A stretch of DNA of 63,173 nucleotides, counting the filler, from Chrysochromulina tobinii (lineage: Eukaryota): NCBI GenBank assembly GCA_001275005.1. It is 9 parts of 9 records of this genome, joined end to end, with 100 filler letters (N's around TTAATTAATTAA, not from the genome) between each part and the next. Parts side by side here need not be neighbours in the genome. Positions count along the whole stretch, not along the records: positions 1 to 2,396 come from JWZX01000100.1; positions 2,497 to 8,179 come from JWZX01000101.1; positions 8,280 to 23,927 come from JWZX01000102.1; 6 more parts are not named here. One strand, written 5' to 3'. Positions 1-9,205 of this stretch are shown one piece after another; the stretch's first letter is position 1; every line of letters starts with the position of its first letter. The position numbers and the translations under genes were made by a program. The notes beneath the pieces were generated by a model. It was given only the letters and a program-made list of their open reading frames with translations, did no database searches and was not told the origin of the DNA.

Positions 1-2396
1 TCCGCCGCCCTCGCCCTCGCCGCCGCCGCCGCGTTATCCGCCCAAGATACCAGCGAACATGCCACAGCGACCGCCGCCACCTCCGTCGCCACCGTCGCCC
101 TCGCCGCCGCCGCCCTCGCCCTCGCCGCCGCCCCATCGCCTCCGCCGCCCTCGCCCTCGCCGCCGCCGCCCTCGCCCTCGCCGCCGCCCTTGCCCCCGTC
201 CGTCGGGGCCGTCATGTTTGCCGTCGCCATCGCAGGAAGCTCCGCCGACTTCGCTCCTGCCGTCCGCGTGACGTTGCGCTCCGTCGTCGCCGCCGGCGCC
301 AACGCACCCCTCGGCACCGTCGCATTGCCAATCGAGCCGCCCCCCACCTCGCTCCAGACCGGCAGCGGCTCTGTCCAGCTCACCTTCACAATCGGCATCA
401 GCTCGCAAGCGGCCGCGCTGGCGGTGTGGAATGCCCTCGTGCCACGGCTGATCACCCCGGCGCTGGCAAGCGGCTTCCTCACCACCGCCTCGTACGTTGC
501 GACTGTCACATCGATCGTCACGCCGCCAACGATACTTTTTATGTATCCGCCGCCCTCGGCGCCGCCCCCACCGCTGCCGCCGCTGCCGCGAGCGGGCTTC
601 AGCCCGCCACATCCCTCTCCGCCGCCACCTGCGCCACCACCAAGCCCACCGCCAGACCCGCCGCCGCCCAACCCGCCGCCCAACCCGCCGCCTCCGTGCC
701 CCCCTCCGTCAACACCTCCTTCTCCCCCTCCCCCAGAACCGCCACCGTCGCCCGCGCCACCGCCGCCTTCTCCCGCACCACCTGGAGCCGCGCAGGTCTT
801 TGTCGCCACGATCTTGCAAGAGTTTGCAGCACCCGATGGCGTGACCTTCGACAGCGTTGCGATGGCACAAGCACAGGAGCGCATTCGCGTCGCCGTGGGC
901 CTTCTCGCCCAGGAGCTCGACGAGGGAACGTTCCAAGTGATGCCTTCGCCCCCTTCGCCGCCGCCGCCTTCGCCTACCGCGCCTCCGCCCTCGTCGCCGC
1001 CGCCCTCACCTCCCACCCCGCCTGGCCCCTCGTCCCCTCCGCCGGCCGTCCTGGCGGCCTCGCCTGCCACCACCACAAACGCCACAATGCCTGCAGGCCG
1101 CCGTCTGGGCCTCGACCAACTCCCGAGCATGAAATTTGGTAGCCGCATCGAGCTCCCGAGCCTCGACAGTCTCTCGAGAAGCCTGCTTCATTTACTGCTT
1201 GCTGTCAACCGGCGCATCCCCTCGTACCATGCGAACCGCCATCCGAATCTCGTGCCTTCCTTTTTCGAGCCCGTGACGACGGCGGAGGTCGGCACCTCGG
1301 CAAAGGGCGGCACCACTGTGGAGGCTACGGTGCTCGAAGGGCAGCACAGCCTCCGTGGTCTGCCGTGGTCGACGGAGAGCGCAGACAGCCATGATCTGCT
1401 ATGGTCTGCGCCTAGGCGGCGGCTGAGCTGGCAATGCATCGCCGATGTGAATGGCGAGGTTGGGTCGGGCCAATCCGCAGCGAGTGTCACGTTCGTTCAA
1501 GTCACCTCGGTGGTCACCACCACAGACCAGGGTCGGTTCGCAGCGCTGCTCGCGATGCTGGCCATGTCCGCGGCCAATGGCACCGGCACCCACCAGAACG
1601 CCATCACCAACGCCGCCGGCCAGTCGCTCACGCAATGTGACAATGCATGGCTCGAAGGCACTCAGCGGCAGGTCATCCCGGCCCCCGCTCCTCCCCCACC
1701 GCGACCCAATGCGGCCCTCGGCGGCTTGCGCCTCGAGGACTTTGTCAATCTCACAAACCCAGGCATGGCAGCCCTCGGTGCGCTCATGGCCCAGTCCGCC
1801 GGCACCATCCAGTCCGCTGTGGGGGCGTCCGTTGGCGTGTCCGCCGCCGCGTCCGCTGCCGGAGGCGGCGGCCCATCAGGAGCGGGCAACGCAGTGCGAG
1901 GAGCACAGCGGCTCGCGTACTACACGAAGCTAGGGCCGCCTAACCCTGATGGTGACGATGGCGGCGGCGGCGGCTTCACGACGGGTCGGTTGGGCTTCAG
2001 CAGGCGTAGACCTGCGTCACCGCCGCCACCGCCCACGTACCAGGTGGTGATCGGCTTCGTTGCATCGGAGCCGATTGAGGCCTTCACGAATGCCCGGCTG
2101 GCCAACATCTCGACCTCGGTCGCCGCCGAGTCGGGCGTGGACCCCAGCCAGGTCACCACGGTTGCCTATGCCTATGCCGCGTCCACAACGGGACAGCTCG
2201 TGAGCAGGGCGCTCTCTGAAGTGCTCGCCAGCAACGCCAACTCCTCTGAGGGCGCCGTCAGGGCCGCTCGGGTCGAGATCACCATCGTCACCACGGATTC
2301 GTCTGCGAGTGCCGCCGCCGAGGAGTCCTTGAGCGCCTCCGTCTTCGCGGACGCGAACGCGACGAGCGCGTTCCTCAACCTCCAGGTGACGAGCGA
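1..2396 (+). CDS. Proline-rich (SPPP-repeat) extracellular-type protein, partial and truncated by contig ends
   Basis: Long ORF 190-2396 runs into the gap. It has several SPPPP tracts, RRL motifs and an Ala/Gly-rich hydrophobic segment. It may contain introns. Confidence 0.6.
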
Positions 2397-2496
2397 NNNN
2401 NNNNNNNNNNNNNNNNNNNNNNNNNNNNNNNNNNNNNNNNTTAATTAATTAANNNNNNNNNNNNNNNNNNNNNNNNNNNNNNNNNNNNNNNNNNNN
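2397..2496. other. Artificial contig linker (N-run + TTAATTAATTAA + N-run). The same linker recurs at 8180-8279, 23928-24027, 31685-31784, 51113-51212, 53244-53343, 55939-56038 and 60051-60150
   Basis: Identical 100-nt spacers whose central 12-mer gives stop codons in all six frames. Confidence 0.98.
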
Positions 2497-2497
2497 A

Positions 2498-2600
2498 ATC
2501 ACGTATCACGTATCATGTATCATTCGCAAAATATCAACATACATGATCCTCGATGCACCATCCCAACGGATGAAATGATACATGATACGTGATACATGAT
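2498..2600. repeat. Palindromic MITE-like hairpin element, copy 1
   Basis: 25-bp inverted arms (2498-2522 and 2576-2600, 1 mismatch) built of TATCA(C/T)G heptamers. The core contains CATCCCAACGGATG. Confidence 0.75.
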
Positions 2601-3430
2601 ACATGTACGCGATAACATGATACATGATCCATATAGTATTTAGTCCATAAGCACGATCTCTATAGAAATAGGATGACGCACATGACTGTGGTCTGTGCCT
2701 CTCAGAGACTCTCAGGACTCAGCGGTCATGGCTTGAGTCAAACCGATGACACTAACGTATCCTCCACGTCTCACGTCCTCAACACGACACTCAACACTCA
2801 ACACTATCCAACACTCAAGACTCAACAGTCTCAGCGTAACTCACACACGGACCCAGGCCTCTCTGTGTGAGCATGCGTCATGGCCACTCACAGGAGATGG
2901 CACACTGGAGCCTGCGTCAAAGGCAGCTCCATGTGCCTGTACAGCAGCACAGATCGAGCACAGATCTGAGCACTCACATGGAAAGAGATCGGTTGGCACA
3001 AATCAGGGGGGTGGGAGCGCTTATCCTTTTCGCGTCTGACCACTCATCGTGTCATCGAGCGCGGTGTGGGGCACTCCTCGTCATCATCACGTCCCTCAGC
3101 GTTGGGAGCAGCCGGGAAAGGGAGGGGTGTAGCGCCTGCGTGGCGCCAGAGGGCGGCCTGAGCGCGACTTGGGTGTTGGAACTAGTCAGTTCACACTTGC
3201 AGGGTGCACGCTGCGAACGAAGGGGCTTGTGACCATGCTGGCGCTCTCTGCATCAGCATCATCTTCACGTCTTGAGTAGTCTTGAGTGACGTGCCACATT
3301 CACACCGATCGAGATTCCTTTGGGCTTTGGGCTGCCACGACGCAGGCTCAGCGCAAGCGGGGAGTACTTGGAGTCACATGATACAGTCTACTGTACTAGG
3401 GGGCGATAGACCGATAGTCACGTATCATGT

Positions 3431-3532
3431 ATCACGTATCACGTATCATGTATCTTTACTTCGATCTAACATACATGTACCTTGATGTAGCATCCCAACG
3501 GATGTAAAGATACATGATACGTGATACGTGAT
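3431..3532. repeat. Palindromic MITE-like hairpin element, copy 2, with a reversed partial arm at about 3641-3680
   Basis: Perfect 29-bp inverted arms (3431-3459 and 3504-3532) and the same core motifs ACATACATG and CATCCCAACGGATG as copy 1. Confidence 0.75.
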
Positions 3533-3801
3533 TCTGACTTAGTATTGATCAACGACCATGTCGGACAAGTTCATGAACATGTCGGAAAGACCCACGATCA
3601 TGTTGGAAAGATCATGGGTCCCTCCGTATCGACTTGATGAATCATGTATCATGTATCATGTATCATGTATCTTGCATCCGTCCGACCCCCATACTTCGGC
3701 AAATGTTGAACTTTCCACGACAATCTGCGCGCGCGCGAAGGATTGGGCACCTCTGACGCCCTTTGGTGTTCCGAGCGTCCCAGGCCGACCTCAACATCAT
3801 C

Positions 3802-5838
3802 ATGCTTTTGATTTTCACCGCATCGGCTTGCTACGTGCAGTCGAATTTGATTGCTAGACGTCAAACAGGAGTGACAATTGATGCACGTGCATCGTACGAG
3901 GGCACAAAGACTGGGACACTTCTCGAGGAGCCCGCAGATGATTTGCAGCTCGCGGGAGCTCGCTTCGCTCGCAAGGCAGCATATGCCCCCGCGGAGCGTT
4001 CATGGCCAGATTTCAAATACAGCCCTCCAGATACGCGGCGGGATATGGTCCGCAAGTACCACAACTATGCGGCTAGGCATGTCGGGCTGCCACCCCTTCG
4101 CATCATGCTCGTGGGCGGGCCTTCGACTGGCAAGGGGACTATTGGGCCAATGCTGGTCCAAGCGTTCCGCTGTCGCGCCATCGGCGTCGGCCAACTGCTC
4201 CGTTCACAAGCGCGTGCCAGCACCACCTTCGGAAAATTGCACGCCGGGGCCATCGCTCGGGGCGAGCCGCTCGATGACTCCATCGTGCTGCAGATGCTCT
4301 CTGAGCGCTTGAACGACTCGTGGGATGTGCGGCGAAACGGTTGGTTGCTTGATGGTTTCCCGCGTACGGCGGCGCAGGCAAAGGCGGTGCTGAACGACGA
4401 GGGCATCGCGGGGTCGTCGCTCCGGCCGGATTGCATCGTCATCCTGGAACGACCAGAAGAGCTTCAGAAGGAGTTCTTGTTGGGTCGCATGACCGACAGT
4501 GCCACAGGTGAGACGTACCACCCTCGCTACCACCCGGTCCCGAATGAAGAGATTGAGGCTCGGCTGACGTGGCGAGTGGACGACAGCTCTGAGGCGGTGG
4601 CTCGACGCATCAGTACCTACAATGCGGAGGCACTCGGGATCCGGGAGGCCTTTGAGGCGGATGGCGTGCCGTGTAAGCGCTTCGACAACGCGCGCTCTGA
4701 GCTCGAGACGTTCGCCGAGGTGGCGGATTTTGTGTCGAAGGTTGGTAGGCGCAAGCTTGGATTCATGGGTGGACGGAGGGCGCTGAAGCGCATGCGATCC
4801 GAAGCGCCGGAGGAGGAAGCTGACAGCCTCGCTGCCGCTGCCATTAAGTGCTCTGATGGCGTGCTGCGTGTTTGCCGTGGGCTCAACTCGTACAACATCG
4901 CCGACTACTTCCCTGTCCTTGTGGGCGATCTGCAGATAGGCCATGTCTCGGCGACTTTCCTCGAGGACCTCGCGGCGCACATCGCCGCGGGGACGAGCTG
5001 CGAGCTCGTTCGGCTGGCAGAGGATAAGGATTTGTCCCGAGGGGGGCCAGCCGCCGGCAGTGCTGCGCGCAAAGCCACAGTGGGTATCCGTCTGGCTCCT
5101 AACGACATGGGCCTGGCATCGCGTACAGAGACGGTGGCGGCGCTCGTGAGGGAACTTGTCAAGGATGGCGTCATCCCCAAAGGTAAGCTGCGGAATGAGC
5201 TTCAGGATGCCCGTCCCCTATCTGACGGCTGGGTGGGGTCCAAGGGGCTACCCCCCCCCCTCCGACTCGAGCGTGGCGCCATGATTCACTTCGGAGTGCC
5301 GTCGTATGGAATCCATGTCAATGGCTGGGTACGCAACCCCGACTCGGCCGGCGATGATCCCCGCCCCTGGGCTCTTTGGGTTGCCAAGCGATCCATGAGC
5401 AAGTCGACGTATCCTGGCCGGCTCGACCAGATGGTCGCGGGCGGCCAGCCCTCTGGGATCGATTTCGGCGAGAATGTCCGAAAGGAGTGCGAGGAGGAGG
5501 CCAGCCTGCCACCCGAAGTGATTGATCGGATTCGGCCGGCCGGCATGGTGTGCTACCGTTACGCAGCGAAGAAAGGTCTCTCGTCCAAGATCCTGGCGAC
5601 GTATGACGTCGAGATGCCGGCGGGCATTACGCCAGTAGCTGGAGACGGTGAGGTGGAGGGCTTCCAACTGATGAAGGTGTCAGAAGTGATCTCGTCCATT
5701 CGCGCCGATCCTGACGCTTGGAAGCCCAACTCGGCTCTCGTGATGATCGAGTTTGCCATGCGGCATGGCTTTCTGTCCCCCGACGACCCTGGCTATTTTG
5801 AGATCGGGAGGCTCTTGAGATCGGGCATGCAAGACTGA
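3802..5838 (+). CDS. Adenylate kinase-like domain fused to a Nudix hydrolase (NUDT20/YJR142W/Tnr3-type), with a probable N-terminal targeting peptide
   Basis: Kinase motifs: P-loop GGPSTGKGT, GWLLDGFPRT, LID-like GRMTDSATGETYH, RVDD. Nudix motifs: YGIHVNG, LWVAKRS..K.TYPGRLDQMVAGG, Nudix box KECEEEASL, WKPNSALV..EF..RHG. First ATG is at 3802. Confidence 0.85.
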   Translation: MLLIFTASACYVQSNLIARRQTGVTIDARASYEGTKTGTLLEEPADDLQLAGARFARKAAYAPAERSWPDFKYSPPDTRRDMVRKYHNYAARHVGLPPLRIMLVGGPSTGKGTIGPMLVQAFRCRAIGVGQLLRSQARASTTFGKLHAGAIARGEPLDDSIVLQMLSERLNDSWDVRRNGWLLDGFPRTAAQAKAVLNDEGIAGSSLRPDCIVILERPEELQKEFLLGRMTDSATGETYHPRYHPVPNEEIEARLTWRVDDSSEAVARRISTYNAEALGIREAFEADGVPCKRFDNARSELETFAEVADFVSKVGRRKLGFMGGRRALKRMRSEAPEEEADSLAAAAIKCSDGVLRVCRGLNSYNIADYFPVLVGDLQIGHVSATFLEDLAAHIAAGTSCELVRLAEDKDLSRGGPAAGSAARKATVGIRLAPNDMGLASRTETVAALVRELVKDGVIPKGKLRNELQDARPLSDGWVGSKGLPPPLRLERGAMIHFGVPSYGIHVNGWVRNPDSAGDDPRPWALWVAKRSMSKSTYPGRLDQMVAGGQPSGIDFGENVRKECEEEASLPPEVIDRIRPAGMVCYRYAAKKGLSSKILATYDVEMPAGITPVAGDGEVEGFQLMKVSEVISSIRADPDAWKPNSALVMIEFAMRHGFLSPDDPGYFEIGRLLRSGMQD

Positions 5839-6634
5839 CTGACTTTGAAGACACTCGATCGACACGATGGAAAGGCGGGAGCACGGCCGGGGGATGCGGT
5901 GACGCCAGCGGCGCAGCGGTGTGCCCGCAGCGCAGGATATCTCTCTTATCTCATTACAGCTGACTCGCAGCTGTTCAGCTCGTAATTTTTTCCATTTTAC
6001 TACGTGTAGTACGAATTTTGATGCTGCTGTATATGTTGTATATGTGGTGTATTATTTTTTTGCTGCTGTAAATGTGAAGTACCTTTTTGTGACGAGGTGG
6101 CAGACGTCGAGAGGCGAAGCCGCCGAAGGGGCCCTGAGACGGGACGTGGAGAGACCCACCGCCCGGCCCCGCCCAGCGGGGACCGGGGGGTGTGCTTCCT
6201 GAGGGTTAAAAAAGGGTCTAGGCGCTAGCGGTGTAGCGCATAAATTCCATCTGCGTTCAGCCTGTCTCAAGTCCATCTGTCATCACCGCACGTCGGGGTT
6301 ATCGGGTTAATCGCACGCGGGCCGACCATGGACCATGCCGCATGCGCGACCAACGCCGCCCAGGCAGGGTACTACATGTCCACTCCCACACGACACGAAC
6401 GACGTAGTCTCATAGCAAAACGCACGGAAAGACAGTCTCCTGGTACTGCACTCTCACAGCAAACTGGAAATAGCACGCATCATGTGCAGCCCATGAGCAC
6501 CCTACCCCCGGACCGGACGGGGACGTCTCGTACGCTGCTGGACGTTAGTACAGATGCTATGCTCCTCGCCGCTCCGGGATGATACACTGATACACATGCA
6601 TGCAGCGTAGCACTGCGCCTTTCAGCCGCGGCGC

Positions 6635-7393
6635 CTACTCAATGCGTGGAATCAAGCTCCTCCGCGCCTGCTCGGGCGAGACTGGCTTAGACTCAGCCGC
6701 CTCAAGCTTGGCGAGGAAAGCATCGCGCGGCGGCGGCGAGCTCTTAGTGCTCTCCGCGGCGGCCTTGAACAGAGCTTGTTGCTCTGTCATGTACTCATTC
6801 TTGTACTTCGGCTTAGGGGGCGGTGTGACCGCCTTGGCCACCTTGAGCGCTGCCGAGAAGCCGGTGGAGACCGGCACTGGAATCTGCGGGCTGGAGCGCA
6901 GGTTTTTGATGATCTTGGTCGACTCATCCAGCGGGATGCTCGGGCCGTCCTTGCCGTCGTAGGTGCGCACAGCGGTCGGGTTGGTCCACGGCTGGAACAG
7001 CTTCGTGCCCTCGGCCACGGGCTTACCCTTCTGGAAGTAGGAGACCAGGAGGCTGTCCGATTCGGCGTCCGTGAACTGCCCTCGGCCATGGCGCTTGGCG
7101 TCGCAGTATTCACCCACGTATGTCTCTCCGCTCGGGTAGCGCTCCACAGCTCGCCCAGAGTAGCCCTGCTTAAAGTTGGTGACCACCCGGATGCGACCCT
7201 GGTCGTCTACAACCTTGAATGCACCTGGCAACCCTTCCTCCTGGTCGTAACGCGCTTCGAACATGGATGAAGGCATGCCAGGTTTCTTCTTGGCGAGGGT
7301 ATCCGCTGTTGGCGCCACCAGAGGTGCGGGGGCGTCACCCACTTCGCGGCCCTGCCACATGCAGCCGCCGGAGCGGGTCATGTGAGGCATCAT
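6635..7393 (-). CDS. MORN-repeat-containing protein
   Basis: Repeat signature YSGRAVERYPSGETYVGEYCDAKRHGRGQF. Start codon uncertain; ATG 7393 chosen. Confidence 0.6.
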   Translation of the reverse strand: MMPHMTRSGGCMWQGREVGDAPAPLVAPTADTLAKKKPGMPSSMFEARYDQEEGLPGAFKVVDDQGRIRVVTNFKQGYSGRAVERYPSGETYVGEYCDAKRHGRGQFTDAESDSLLVSYFQKGKPVAEGTKLFQPWTNPTAVRTYDGKDGPSIPLDESTKIIKNLRSSPQIPVPVSTGFSAALKVAKAVTPPPKPKYKNEYMTEQQALFKAAAESTKSSPPPRDAFLAKLEAAESKPVSPEQARRSLIPRIE

Positions 7394-8279
7394 GACTGCG
7401 CAGCGAGGGTCTGTCGGGCCGCAGGATTCAACATGGTCAACTTTCGAAACAACTTTGAAACAACTTTTCTTCCTGCGCATCCGAGGCAGCCGAGACGGCG
7501 GCCGGCGCACTGGCGGACGAGGGGAAGGCGGCAGCTTGGTGCGTGGTCTGGGCGTCGCCGAGGGTGCGGATGAGCGCGGGCAGCAGCCCGAGAGCGCGTG
7601 GCTCGCTCAGCCGGCAGAGCATCTCGCACGCGGAGCGCACGCTCGGCCTCAGCTGCCGGATGAGGGCATCCAGGCCCACCCCCACCTCTGGGCTCATGTA
7701 CGGAAAACTGAGCATGATAGCCGCGCACAGGAGCCGTTGCATCTGGGCGAGTGTCGAGGTCGACTGCCGCGGCACCACGAGCGACTGGACGCCGCGCAGG
7801 CCCTTGATTTCACGCTGAGCCGAATGTTCGCCGACTGTAGCATGGCCTCGAGGCCGCGCGAGCGGCCGGGCGCGAGCGGCAAGGACGACATCGTCATCGA
7901 TTTGGAAATGTTTCGTCGTTACGTGATCTCCGCGCCTCCTCGCAACAATCTTAAAGTCTAACAGTACTACAACAATCTCTAAGACTTACTGTACTACGGA
8001 CGGCAGCTCACCAGATCAACAGGCCAGATCTCACGACCTCTCGCCACCCCGCTCCCGTAGCCTCTTGGCGCGCTGACCCAACGGCTCCGAATCCTCATCC
8101 GACTCCCATGATCCCCCCTGCCCCTCACCCAGCCGAGCATGATCGTCCCCCTGGCCTTCCAGCTGGAACCCCGCATTCCNNNNNNNNNNNNNNNNNNNNN
8201 NNNNNNNNNNNNNNNNNNNNNNNTTAATTAATTAANNNNNNNNNNNNNNNNNNNNNNNNNNNNNNNNNNNNNNNNNNNN

Positions 8280-9022
8280 CACGGCGACCGCCACCCTCAC
8301 CGCCGCCGCCCACGCCGCCACCGTTGCCCCCACCGTCGCCGCCGCCACCCTCGCCGCCACCCTCGCCGCCGCCCTTGCCGCCGCCACCCTCGCCACCGCC
8401 GGAGCCGCCGCCCTCTCCACCACCTCCCTCGCCGCCGCCCTCGCCGCCCTCGCCGCCATCCGCGCCGCCATCCGCGCCGCCCCTGCCCGCCACTCCTTGG
8501 CTATGGTTTCTGGTTGCCATGTTTCTGTTCTGCCTCGCTGCGCTTGCCTTCTTCGCGTGGGGCGTGTTGCATGCGCGGCGCGGCCGGAGCCTCCGAAGGG
8601 GCCTCCCGCTCTCTTCATGGGCAGGGGGGTGGGCTATCTGGCCGCGGAGTCTCCAGCGAGTCGCACCCGCGGGCAAGTATCAGCCAAGCGTCCAGCACCA
8701 CCTGCACATCTCGAGCGCGCAGCTGCTCTGCGAGACGGGAGGCAGCAGCTATAGGAGCCGTGCGCCAGACTCGGCTGCTTACTCGGCTGCAGGCGGCCCT
8801 GAGCCTCGCATTGAGGGTGCAGGACATGGTACAGGACATGGTACAGGAGCGATTGGAGACGTGCATCCACAGAAGCCTTCGGGCGCTTGTCCGGGCGCGG
8901 GGCGCGCGGCGGCTCTTGAGATGTCGACGGACGCCGCGTCGAACACGAAACCTCCGAGCTGCCGCAGAAACCAGAATGGCCTGGGCCCAGTACCCAGGCT
9001 AAAGGAACATTCTCGTCGTTGA
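8280..9022 (+). CDS. C-terminal part of a proline-rich single-pass membrane protein, 5' truncated
   Basis: SPPP tract, then hydrophobic WLWFLVAMFLFCLAALAFFAWGVL, then basic residues. Confidence 0.55.
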
Positions 9023-9047
9023 CACCACTATTACATTGTATGTCCAT

Positions 9048-9078
9048 GAACTGAACTGAACTGAACTGAACTGAACTG
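9048..9078. repeat. (GAACT)n microsatellite
   Basis: About six tandem GAACT units. Confidence 0.85.
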
Positions 9079-9205
9079 TACTGTCCACGTGCGAAATTCA
9101 AGTTGGGGGTAAATTCAAACTTGAACTCCGACGGCGAATTCCGCACACACGGCTTGATTGCTTTTGTACAGCTTTGTGATTCATTCAGCAGCAGCTTCTT
9201 GATCA

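Noticed and set aside
2441..2452. TTAATTAATTAA palindrome recurring eight times
   Set aside because: Always centred in identical N-runs, so it is an assembly linker. Genes on either side are not necessarily neighbours.
7437..7897. Additional gene upstream of the MORN ORF
   Set aside because: Overlapping short frames with no motif, and no consistent exon model could be built.
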